Source of the DNA: Hemiscyllium ocellatum
Lineage: Eukaryota
NCBI RefSeq assembly: GCF_020745735.1
Contig: NC_083433.1
Span: 6,273,363-6,337,362 of the forward strand
Direction of reading: 5' to 3'
Length of the DNA stretch: 64,000 nt
Part shown: positions 11,299-23,032 of the stretch, one piece after another
Position numbering within the stretch: the first letter of the stretch is position 1
Layout: each line of letters starts with the position of its first letter
Notes under the pieces: model-generated
Databases searched by the model: none
Seen by the model: the letters and a program-made list of their open reading frames with translations, nothing else
Told to the model about the DNA's origin: nothing
Program-made: the position numbers and the translations under genes

Positions 11299-13215
11299 CC
11301 ACAGTGTCCCCTTCCATCTTCCACCCTGAGGACTGTCCTCTGAGAACTCCCCTCTGCCCCATGTCGGACTGATTACAGTGGGCCTAATGTAGCCATGATG
11401 TGGAGATGCTGGTGTTAGACTGGGGTGGATAAAGTCAGAAGTGCTTCACTGACGAAGGGTCAGCTCTCCGAAAGCTTGTAATTTTAAATAAACCTGTTGG
11501 ACTATAACCTGATGTCGTGTGACATCTGACTTACCTAAAATCGGCAATTTGTAATCGATTTTCTGGTGGTTTATTGAGTTTGTTAAGAAGCAGCTGTTTA
11601 GGTGAGGTACATTAATGAGTGGGATAAGGAAAGTGTACGGCCCTGACACTTGGGTATGGCTCGCTGATGCCAGAGGGCACACAGCCTGTTGGCCTGGTTC
11701 GGCCATGTTAAAGTGGTGCAGCAGCATCCTGCTCTGCAGCCGAGGAGTTCGGAAACTCTTCCCTGGGTCTTCCTCCTCTTCTTCTGGTCCATCTTGTACC
11801 TGAGGAAGACAGCTCCCTGAGGATCGCCCTCTGAGAACTCCCCTCTGCCCCTTGGCACTTATGGGTTGTATCGTATTTCCAGGAGCAGGAAATTTACCCT
11901 GAACCCTTTACCCTTTAGACCATAGAACAAATACTCAGGATGTTCAACGGTCATTGCCCTTTTGTCCATTTCCATTTGAAGGTTAGGTTTTATTCCTTCT
12001 ATGAACAAATGTTCCTATTTTTGAAAACATTGCACTGATAATGGGGTAGGTTTGGCACCCGTTCAATGCACATCGTAACCTCTGTGTTTCTCGTAACGTT
12101 TCCCTTTTATTTTCCTGTGCTAGAATTTAAGGAAGTTAATTTCTGCTGTTAAATGAAATCTCACGCTCTACATGAAAATTCAGTTTTTACTGGGTCTCAG
12201 TTTCCAAAAGGGGAAACATTGCTCATGAGACGTATGTTACACAGAATGGTAACATCCTGGTTGTTCCCTGTTCCCAGTCGGGACCCCGTGTTACTGATAT
12301 TATCTTCAGTTTTACTCTTTCAGTTCCCTCACATTGCTGACTCACTCTCAGTAACACGTCATTGGGATTGTAATGTTACAATGTTAACAAACCAGGCATA
12401 CTTTGAAAGATTTGGCAATTCTGGAAACATCATCAGTCCAATTGCTTTAAAGTGACTTAGTAATTTTTCTAGGTGTCCCACAGTGGACACCTTTCATGTT
12501 GTCTTCATGATTCAGGAAACACAACACATTTTCAGCTGATTCAGGAAACACTCAGTGAACAATCTGTCCCAGTCGGAAAGTTTGAATTAAAATTGCACGA
12601 TTGGGACCCAAGGGAGGTCATTACAATAGGGTTTGGTCTGATATTGACATTCCCTCAAAATGTCTGACAAACAGGATCAAGTTTCCAGTCCATGTTCTTC
12701 TGTCAGCATTGGTGTTTGGCAATATAACATGTACTTCAAAAACTGCGTCAAATATGGGAGCTGGGGTTATGCAACAAAAAGGCACAACTGGAATGTTCCA
12801 GACTTACAAAACAGGTTTCTGCTATTTCCCAAACCCCATCAGGGCAGACAGACTGTTTACAAACCACATCGGTGTGACTCACTGGAGCCTGTCAGTTACT
12901 GTCAACACTGACTGTGCAACTTTGGTCTCAGCCCCTGCTCAAGTTCAGAATAAACTGTTCCAGCAAACAGTGCCTGTAGATCTAGCACTCCAGGTCATGC
13001 TGTTTGTTTCAGAGTCGGTTCCGAGCATGTGTTCAATGCAGGTCAATTAAAGGTTACCAATCACCTCCAGTACTGCCCTGTACATCTCATATGTATATGT
13101 TTGCACTAATGTGGACTCCAAGTTATACTTCTGTGCAGTGGCCATGCTTTACAGGGTGGGGGGAACACAGTGGTAACCAAGAGGCTTTGGTGGGAATTTG
13201 TGAGATTCTTAGCTC

Positions 13216-13620
13216 TGTAGGAAGGTTAGATTGGCATGGGTAGGTTGGATTGGTTTGAAAGTTTGGATTGGCTGTGGGAAGATTGGATTGGTTTGGAAGT
13301 TTGGCTTGGCATGGGAAGGTTGGATTGGTTTGGAAGTTTGGATTGGCTGTGGGAAGGTTGGATTGGTTTGGAAGTTTGGCTTGACATAGGAAGGTTGGAT
13401 TGGCTTTGTAAGTTTGCATTGGCTGTGGGAAGGTTGGGTTGGTTTGGGAGTTTGTATTGGCAGTGGGAAGGTTGGATTGGCTTGGCATAGGAAGGTTGGA
13501 TTGGTTTGGAAGTTTATATTGGCAGTGGGAAGGTTGGATTGGTTTGGAAGTTTGGATTGGCAGTGGGATGGTTGGATTGGTTTGGAAATTTGTATTGGCA
13601 GTGGGAAGGTTGGGTTGGCT
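13216..13620. repeat. About 37-38-bp GT-rich tandem repeat
   Basis: Unit ~GGGAAGGTTGGATTGGTTTGGAAGTTTGGATTGGCTGT. Confidence 0.92.
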
Positions 13621-13919
13621 GAGGTCATTTTCTTTCGATCAGATGAGGTTTAAATAAAATTTAATTGAGGCACATGAGGATGCATCATTGACTAGATAGG
13701 AAGGACTGACTTTGATCAGTAAGGACATCATTAATCAGAGGCCATAAACCTAAAGCAACAGTGGAAACATTATGAATGTACGAAATAGGAGCAGCAGAAG
13801 GCCATTCGGCCCTTTCAGCCTGCTCTGCTGTTTAATATGATCATGCTGAATTCCACATTCTCATCTGTCCCTGATAACTTTTGTTTTAAAGAAGTTATTG
13901 AATTATATTAGATTATAGA

Positions 13920-14390
13920 AGCAGCTTGATAGAACTTCAGTTGGGCCACACTTGGTGTATTTCTTGCAGTTCTGGTCACCACACTATCAGAAGGCTATGG
14001 ATGTTTTGGAGAGGACTCAGAGCAGATTTACCAGGATGTTGCCTGGTCTGGGGGATTCTAGCTATGAAGAAATCTTGGATAGACTGGGTTTGTTTTCTCA
14101 GGAATGCAGGTGACCTGGTAGAAGTTGATAACATTGTGAATGGCGTGGATAGAGTGGAAAGTGTGAGGCTTTTTCCCAGATTGAAGGGGTCAATTACTAA
14201 GGGACACAGGTTCAAGATGTGGGGGAGGGAAGTTTAAAACAGATGTCTGAGGCAGGTTTTTCTCACAAAAGGTGGTAAGTGTCTGGAACACACTACCAGA
14301 AGAGGTGGTGGTAACAGACACAATAGCAGCATTCATGAAACACCTGGCCGAATACCGACCGTGAATAGGAAGGGAATCGAGGGAGATGGC
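13920..14390 (+). mobile_element. CR1-type LINE 3' fragment
   Basis: QFWSP / RFTRMLPG-type residues, decayed. Confidence 0.75.
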
Positions 14391-14599
14391 TCATTTACTG
14401 TCTCACCTTTGACTGTCACACACTAACAAGGAACAAGACTGGGTCCCGCTGCCTTTCAAGCCTGCCCTCACATTCAATAAGAGCAAAGCTAATCTGATTC
14501 TAACCTCAACTCTACATCCCACATATCCCCTGGGTCATCAAGAATCTATCTAGCTTTGCTTTAAAAATATTTAAAGATTTTGCATCTGCTGCCATATAG

Positions 14600-15405
14600 A
14601 GTCACAGAGATGTACAGCATGGAAACAGACTCTTCGGTCCAACCCGTCCATGCCGACCAGATATCTCAATCCAATCTAGTCCCACCTGCCAGCGCCCAGC
14701 CCATATCCCTCCAAACCCTTCCTATTCATCCAAACGCCTCTTAAATGTTGCAATTGTACCAGCCTCACCACTTCCTCTGGCAGCTCATTCCATACACGAA
14801 CCACCCTCTGCATGAAAAAGTTGCCCCTTAAGTCTATTTTATATCTTTCCCCTCTCACCCTAAACCTATGTCCTCTAGTTCTGGACTCCTCAACCCCAGG
14901 AAAAATACTTTGCCTATTTACCCTATCCATGACCCTCATAATTTTGTAAACCTCTATAAGGTCACCCCTCAGCCTCCAACGCTCCAGGGAAAAAGCCCCA
15001 GCCTGTTCAGCCTCTCCCTGTAGCTCAAATCCTCCAACCCTGGCAACATCCTTGTAAATCTTTTCTGAACCCTTTCAAGTTTCATAACATCTTTCCCCGA
15101 TAGGAAGGAGACCAGAATTGCACGCAATATTCCAACAGTGGCCTAACCAATGTCCTGTCCAGCCGCAACATGACCTCCCAACTCCTGTACTCAATACTCT
15201 GACCAATAAAGGAAAGCATACCAAACGCCTTCTTCACTATCCTAGCTACCTGTGACTCCACTTTCAAGGATCTATGAAGCTGTACTCCAAGGTCTCTTTG
15301 TTCAGCAACACTCCCTAGGACCTTACCGTTAAGTGTATAATCCTGCTAAGATTTACTTTCCCAAAATGCAGCACCTCACATTTATCTGAATTAAACTCCA
15401 TCTGC
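14600..15405 (-). mobile_element. CR1/HER1-type LINE 3' fragment
   Basis: ORF track: [15 protein letters not shown] and TRGHRFRVRGER motifs. Confidence 0.88.
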
Positions 15406-16419
15406 CTGAGGAAGGGAATTACAAAGACTCACAATCCTCTGAGGGAGAGCAAATTTGCCCCGGCTCTAGTTTAAATGGGCGCCCCTTTATTTTTAAACAG
15501 TGACCCCTGGTCCTAGATTCACTTACAAACATCCTTCCCATCCAACAAGTCAAGACCCCTCAGGATCACCTTTCGAAAAGCTAGCTGCCATGAAATTCCT
15601 GATGAAGGGCTTTTGCCCGAAATGTTGATTTTCCTGCTCCTCGGATGCTGCCTGTCCTGCTGTGCTTTTCCAGCACCACTCTAATTTTGACCATAAAATC
15701 AAGCTGGGGCTATTTGTGCATGCATTGGTATCATTGTGCATGGAATTTGGTGATATCAGCAAGTGTGGATGCATTCTGGAACTGTATCTGCACATGTACA
15801 GTGGGCTCTTTATTGGCCTTTATGGTGTTTGGAGTCATCCCCTACATACCCAGGTAATGCTAGGATGTCAGCCAGTGCTGATACCTTAAGTCTCATGTTC
15901 CCACCTATTAATCACTTTGCGAGGTTTAGTATAATCAGGATACTGACCCTTAATCAGTTCAAATACGCTGCTCATTGTATCTTCAGTTCTGAGGAAGGGT
16001 CACTCTACCCAAAACTTTGATTTCTCTCTACAGATGCTGCCAGACCTGCTGAGCTTTTCCAGCAATTTCTGTATTTGTTTCTGATTTGCAGCATCCACAG
16101 TTCTTTCGGTTTTCATTGTATCTTCTGTTGGTTTTAAATCCTCTGAGTGTATCTTTGCATGATTTGAGGTAAAATATCATTCGAGTCATTGAACAGTTTG
16201 CTGTCATTACTCCCAAAATATTGGAGCCCAGTCTGATACAACCATCAGATATAGGAGCAGAATTAGGCCAATGGACCCATTGAGGCTGTTCTACCATTTG
16301 ATTAGTAGTGCTCCAGTGAAATTCCTTGGGATATTAATGGGGCTACATAAAGGCAGCTGATATCCATATTACTCACTCTCACTGATCCCAAATCATATGT
16401 TCGTCCCTCTTCATCACAG

Positions 16420-16770
16420 AATCCCTACAGTGTGGAAACACGCCATTTGGCCCAACAAGTCCACCCCGACCCTTTGAAGAATATCCCACCCAGACCCAAT
16501 CCTCTACCCCTATTACTCTACATTTACCCTTGACCAATGCACTTAAGCTTATACATTCCAGAACTCTATGGGCAATTTAGTTTGTCCAATCCACCCTAAC
16601 TTGCACATCTTTGGACTGTGGGAGGAAACCGGAGCACCCAGAGGATACCTACACAGACACGGGCAGAATATGCAAACTCAACACAGACTCCACACATTCC
16701 TGAGGCTGGAATCGAACTGGGGTCCCTGGCGCAATAAGGCAGCAGTGCTAACCACAGAGCCCTCGTGCCA
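16420..16770 (-). mobile_element. HE1-type SINE
   Basis: Similarity to other copies. Confidence 0.82.
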
Positions 16771-16994
16771 GCCTTTTCTCTATAAATATAAAGCCTGGCT
16801 GAGCTTCTATCCTCCACTCTTAAGGTGCTTCTTAAAAAATCCATTTTTGTTTTATTCATTCGTGGGCGTCTCTGGCTGGGCCCAGAATTTATTGCCCATC
16901 CCTAGTTGCCCATTGAGAAGGTGGTGGTGAGCTGCCTTCTTGAACCGCTGCAGTCTGATTGGTGTAGGGAAGCACCATTAGTGATATTAGCAAG

Positions 16995-17560
16995 ATCACG
17001 AAAGCAAGTCACACCTCCACTTCCTCAGGAGGCTAAGGAGATTTGACATGTCCACAAGGGTTCTAAGCAATTTTTATAGATGCACCATAGAAAGTATCCC
17101 ATCCAGATGCATCACAGCTCTTCCCAAGACAGCAAAAAATTGCGGAGTGTTGTGAACAGAGCCCAGATCATCATACAAGCCAGCCTTCCATCCAATAACT
17201 CCATCTATACTTCCCGCCACCTTGGGAAAGCAGCTAACATTATCAAAGAACCCTCCCACCCCGATTATTCTCCCTTCCACTCTCTGTCATCAGGCAGAAG
17301 ATACAGAAGTTTGAAAACACGTACCAACAGATTCAAGAACAGCTTCCTCCCTGCTTTTTTCAGACTTATGAATGAACCTTTCATATATTCAAGCTGATCT
17401 CTCTCTCTGCACCTTCTCTGTAGCTGTAACACTATATTCTGCATTCTGTTCTATTACCCTGATGTACTTATGTAAGGGTATGATTTGTCTGGTCGGCATG
17501 CAAAACAATACTTTTCACTGTATGTCGGTACATGTAACAGTAATAAATCAAATCAAATCA
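16995..17560 (+). mobile_element. Rex1/Babar-like non-LTR element 3' end
   Basis: FLRRLR...FYRCTIES and SGRRYRSLKTRTNRFKNSF motifs; (AAATC)n tail. Confidence 0.7.
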
Positions 17561-17959
17561 GAGAGAGCACAGTGCTCCCACTAAACCGCACAGTTCCTCC
17601 GAGATTCTGTGCACAGTGTGCCAACGCATTGACTAGGGTATGGAGGTTGCAGCTGCACTTGGGTCACTGAGGTCTGCACACCAAAAGAAAAGACAATTAG
17701 AGGGAGTATTGCGAAGAAGTTCCAGAATTTTGACCCATTTTCAGCCAAACATCTGTTGGCCTTTCCTAACACCCCCTAATGTGGCTTGGTGTCAAATTTT
17801 GCTTAGTAGTGGTCCAGTAAAATTCCTTGGGATATTAATGGGGCTACATAAAGGCAGGTGGTTGTTGTCGATAGCCTGCCTCTCAGTCTTGACGTTTCCT
17901 ACTTTGCTTCCACCAATGGGGAAGGTGTGTGCCTAACTCTGTCCATTTCACTCCACTCT

Positions 17960-18265
17960 GATTAGATTCCCTACAGTGTGCAAACAGGCCCTTCAGCCCA
18001 ACAAGTCCACACCGACCCTCCAGAGAATAACCCACCCAGACCCATTTCCCTCTGACTAATGCACCTAATACTGTGGGCAATTTAGCATGGCCAATTCACC
18101 TGACCTGCACATCTTTGGACTGTGGGAGGAAACCGGAGCACCCAGAGGAAACCCATGCAGACACAGGGAGAATGTGCAAACTCCACACAGACAGTTGCCC
18201 GAGTCTAGAATCGAACCCTGGTACTGTGAGGCAGCAGTGCTAATCACTTAGCCTCTGTGCCACCC
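17960..18265 (-). mobile_element. HE1-type SINE
   Basis: Similarity to other copies. Confidence 0.88.
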
Positions 18266-19369
18266 AACTAAAGTGTAATCCTGCATGTCTTGGTGTCAGC
18301 TCCTGTACAGAGGGGAGGGGGGATAAGGAGAGATGCTAACCCTGCCCAGAATCACGTACAAATGTGGTTGTCAGTTTTCTGGACGTGTGCAGTGCACATC
18401 ACACGAGGAGGAACCGTTCTCTGTCTTTGGAATAGTATGACTCATGTGTGCTCCCCAGACGTGCAGAGTGCAGCATGTAAAAAGCTACAGCAACAGCAAC
18501 TTGCATCTGTGTAGCACCTTTAATGTCACAGTGCCGTTGAGTCGTACAGCACAGAAGCAGACTCTTCAGTCCAACTCATCCAAGTCGACCAGAATTCCTA
18601 AATTAATCTAGTCCCATTTGCCAGCATTTGGCCCATATCTCTCTAAACTCTGCCTATTCATATACCCATCCAGGTGCCTTTTAAATGTTGCAAATGTACC
18701 AGCCTCCACCACTTCCTCTGGCAGCTCATTCCATACACACACTATTCTCTGTCTGAAAAATTGCTCCTCACATCCTTTTTAAATCTTTTCCCTCTCACCT
18801 TAAACCTATGCTGTCTAGTTTTGGACTCCTTCACCCTGGAGAAAAAGACCACAAGACATAGAAGCAGAGATGAGGCCATTCAACCCATCGAGTCTGCTTC
18901 ACCATTCAGTCACAGCTGATAGGTTTCTCAATCCCATTCTCCCGCTTTCGCCCTGTAACCTTGATACCCAAGAACCTATTGACCTCATTCTTAAATATAC
19001 TCAACATCCCGGCCTCCACTGCCCTCTGTGGCAGTGAATTCCATAGACTGTAATGCGCATGAAAACATCTCAAGGTGTTTCACAAGAGCAATGATTTAAG
19101 CTGGATTTGAAACTGAGACACATGACGAGATATTAGGAGAGACCACATAGAAACTGAGAAAGTAGGCTATTCAGCCCTTTCAGCCTGCTCTGCCATTCAT
19201 CATAATCATGGTTGATCATCCAACTCATTAGCTTGCTCCTGCTTTACCCCCATACCTTTTGATCTCTAAGTGTTTGTTCAGCTCCTTCTTGAAATCAATG
19301 TTTTGGTCTCACCTGCTTTCTATAGAGGAGAATTCTACAGGTTCCCCACTGTTTGGGTGAAGACATTTA

Positions 19370-20200
19370 GAGTCATAGAGTCATAGGGAGGTACAGACCC
19401 TTCAGTCCAACTCATCTTTGCAGACCAGATATCCCACCCCAATCAAGTCCCACTAGCCAGCACCCAGCCCATATACTGCCCAGTGCTTCCTATTCATATA
19501 CCGATCCAGATGCCTTTCAAATGTTGTAGTTGTACCAGCCTCCACCACTACCACTGGCAGCCCATTCCATACACGTACCACCCTCTGTGTGAAAAGGTTG
19601 CCCCTTAGGTCTCTTTTATATAACTTCCCTCTCACCCTAAACCTATGCCCTCTAGTTCTGGACTCCCTCACCCCAGGGAAAAGACCTTGTCTATCTACCC
19701 TATCCATGCCCCTCATGATTTTATAAATCTTTATAAGGTCACCCCTCAGCCTCCAATGCTCCAGGGAAAACAGCCCAGCCTGTTCAACCTCTCCCTATAG
19801 CTCAAAGCCTCCAACCCTGGCAGCATCCTTGTAAATCTTTTCTGAACTCTTTCAAGTGTCACAGCATCCTTCCGATAGGAAGGAGACCAGAATTGCATGC
19901 AATATTCCAACAGTGACCTAACCAATGTCCTGTTCAGCTGCAACATGATCTCCCAATTCCTGTACTCAATACTCTGACCAATAAAGGAAAGCATACCAAA
20001 CGCCTTCTTCACTCTCCTATCTACCTGTGACTCCATTTTCAAGGAGCTATGAACCTGCACTCCAAGGTCTCTTTGTTCAGCAGCACTCCCTAGGACCTTA
20101 CCATTAAGTGTATAAGTCCTGCTGAGATTTACTTTCCCAAAATGCAACACCTCACATTTATCTAAGTTAAACTCCATCCGCTACTCCTCAGCCCATTGGC
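19370..20200 (-). mobile_element. CR1/HER1-type LINE 3' fragment
   Basis: ORF 19746..20177 MEFNLDKCEVLHFG...LEYCMQFWSP. Confidence 0.9.
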
Positions 20201-20395
20201 CTCTCCTCATTTCAGTTTTAAATGGTTTAGCCTGTACCCTCAGACTGTGACCCCTGTGTCTGGACTCTCCTGACACTTTGGTACTGCGAAGAATTTATGA
20301 ACAAAGAGGCAGAGAGAGGTCTAAGGGAAAGAATCCCAGAGATTAATGTCCAGGCAGCTGACAGAACAGGAAGTCACAGCTGAGAAGGAAGCTTC

Positions 20396-20705
20396 GGGGC
20401 GGCACGGTGGCACAGTGGTTAGCACTGCTGCCTCACAGCGCCTGTAGACCCGGGTTCAATTCCCGACTCAGGCGACTGACTGTGTGGAGTTTGCACGTTC
20501 TCCCCGTGTCTGCGTGGGTTTCCTCCGGGTGCTCCGGTTTCCTCCCACAGTCCAAAGATGTGCGGGTCAGGTGAATTGGCCAAGCTAAATTGCCCGTAGT
20601 GTTAGGTAAGGGGTAAATGTAGGGGTATGGGTGGGTTGCGCTTCGGCGGGTCGGTGTGGACTTGTTGGGCCGAAGGGCCTGTTTCCACACTGTAAGTCTA
20701 ATCTT
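20396..20705 (+). mobile_element. HE1-type SINE (young, CpGs intact)
   Basis: A-box TGGCACAGTGG, B-box GGTTCAATTCC, LINE-derived tail. Confidence 0.92.
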
Positions 20706-21981
20706 CATTTATATAGAACCTGTTACATTCAAGGGGCATCCCAAAGTGCTTCACAAATCGTTTTTGAAGTGTTCTCACTATTATTTAGGAGGCAAGTTCA
20801 GTTTGCAACCTTGCGCACAGAAAGGCTCTGCAAATAACTCGAGTTTGCAAGCGCAAATCATGCCAGAGAAAGAGTGTCTTGATTAGGCCTTTCTCATTCA
20901 GGTTAGGCTGCAAGTTTCAGAATACATGATAATTAACCTCTGTGGACAGCAGGTGACTAGCCAGTCAGCACTGATGAATGAACAGTCAGCATGACTCAGT
21001 TGAAATGTCATGGGTTCAAGCTCCAGTCCAGGAGTTGCATGTGTGACCCAGGGTGACACAGCACTGAGGGAGAACAAAAGTACTGTGGATGCTGCAAATC
21101 TGAAATGAGAACAGGAAAAGGTTAGAAACACTTGCTGAGCCAGACTGAGGACTGTCTGTGAAGAGAAGATATGGCCAAAGTTTGAGGTCAAAGATCCTTG
21201 GGTTCCAACAAAAGAGTGGTTAACCTTCCTTCTTTTTGCTAATGCTGCTGAGAGATCCCAGGAATATCCATTTTATTTCAGCAATGGAGGATTGTCAGTT
21301 TGAGGGATTGAGTGAGAGAGGTTCAACTGGGGTATACTCTGTGACTGCTGCTGAGAAAAGAGGCGTGATGCCGAACCCATCTGGATCCTATCAGGACGTA
21401 ATTGCAAGAATGTCAAATTACAATGGGAACAACAATTTATGCTGTGTGAGAAAAGGGTGCTGATCGGTGGAAAGGTTGACTCTGATTGGTTGAGGCATTG
21501 TCCTAGAAATTGCCCAAAGAATTATTCTCCTTAAATCATAAAAGGCACAACATCTAGGTATCCCTGTAGGAGATTGGTATCTGCTTATAAGTTTACAAAT
21601 CTTCCAACAAGTGCAAGCGAACCATACCGGAAGCTTAACTGATAACCTCAAATTGGATGTTAGTGTAATTCTTGGCACATTCAAATTGTTCTTCAAGTGT
21701 TGTCTAAATGTGAAATCACATCAAACCTTAGACATTATATATTCTAGGTTTTACAAACCACACACTGTTTGAGAAGGATCTGTACTCTGCCTATTCCAAA
21801 TACTCAATATTTCAGTATAGCGCTTCCCCCAATACACTATCTTCCATAAGAATTTTGCTGAGACTCAAGAGTTGGATCATTGGGGGATAGTTAGAAGCTG
21901 TATTACTACACTCAGGCAAGAAGATATGGCATGCTCATTAATTTTGTGATGATAAATTTGACAGAGACTGAACATAACGTC

Positions 21982-22240
21982 TTTAATTTGATTTGATTTA
22001 TTGCTGTCACATGTACCTGAGTACAGTGAAAAGTTTTGTTTTGCAAGCAGTACACACAGATCATAGCAAACAAGGACATACAGATCAGAGTGCTTAGACA
22101 GAGAGAGGTATACAGAGTTACGGCAACAACATTAGGTTTGAAGTGAGTGAGGTCCATTCAGCAATCTGATTACAGCGGGAAAGAAGCTGTTCTTGAATCT
22201 GTTGGTGCATATGTTTAAGCTTCTGCATTTTCTGTCTGCC
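21982..22240 (-). mobile_element. Rex1/Babar-like 3' end
   Basis: Matches 17290-17560 in reverse; (GATTT)n tail. Confidence 0.65.
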
Positions 22241-22284
22241 TGCTTGTCTGTTTTATATGCACAGAATGTAACATAATTACAACT

Positions 22285-22416
22285 TTCCTGATGAAGGAGC
22301 TTGGCCCGAAACATCGATTTTCCTGCTTCTCCGATGCTGCCTGACCTGTTGTGCTTTTCCAGCAATACTCTAATCTTGGCTCTAATCTCCAGCATCTGCA
22401 GTATCTATTTCTCCCT
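22285..22416 (+). mobile_element. Short Penelope-derived element with hammerhead-like head and 14-bp target-site duplication
   Basis: CTGATGA...GAAAC at 22288-22312; ACATAATTASAACT at 22271-22284 and 22417-22430. Confidence 0.7.
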
Positions 22417-22716
22417 ACATAATTAGAACTGTTGGGTCTCAGATTAACAACATTTTGGACAGGACATTGGAATAATTTTGTACTTTTTCTTTGTATGGTG
22501 TTATGGGGATATTTTACATAAGATGCAGACATGGCTACTGGATCAATACTTCTGACAGTACTGTACAGTACTTCTTCAGACCTACACTGGTTTAAAGGCT
22601 GAGAGTATGTGCTTATATTGCAGATGACAGTCATGTAGTGGTACTGTCATTAGACCAATATTCCAGAATCGTATTCTAATATTATGGGGATATGCATTTA
22701 AAAAGTCTGCAATCTG

Positions 22717-23032
22717 GGCAGCACGGTAGCTCAGCGGTTAGCACTGCTGCCTCACAACACCAGGGGCCCAGGTTCGATTTCACCCTTGGACGACTAGAGT
22801 TTGCACATTCTCCCTGTGTCTGTGTGATTTCCTCCTGCAGTCCAAAGATGTGCAGGTTAGGCAGATTGGCCATGGGAAATTACTCCGTAGTATCCAGGGA
22901 TGTGCAGGTTAAGTGGGTTAGCCAAGGAAAACGCAGGGTTACAGGAATAGGGTGGGTCTGGATGGGATGACCTTCGGAGGGTCGGTGTGGACTTGATGGG
23001 CCAAATGGCCTGTTTCCACAACGTAGGAATTC
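22717..23032 (+). mobile_element. HE1-type SINE
   Basis: Head and tail similarity. Confidence 0.82.

Noticed and set aside
13123-13657. Repetitive ORFs (NQSNLPT / GRLDW repeats)
   Set aside because: Translation of a tandem repeat in all frames.
20396-20470. tRNA-like A/B-box sequences (many copies)
   Set aside because: SINE heads with LINE-derived tails, not cloverleaf tRNA genes.
20986-21000. TCAGCATGACTCAG resembling the ferritin-L antioxidant response element (as recalled)
   Set aside because: Lacks the required GC after TGACnnn, and sits in what looks like the A-box of a decayed tRNA-derived SINE (followed by GGGTTCAAG...CC).
21620-21680. SLTDNLKLDVS on the + strand loosely recalls a hepadnaviral RT motif
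   Set aside because: Too short; no downstream AFYH or YMDD context.
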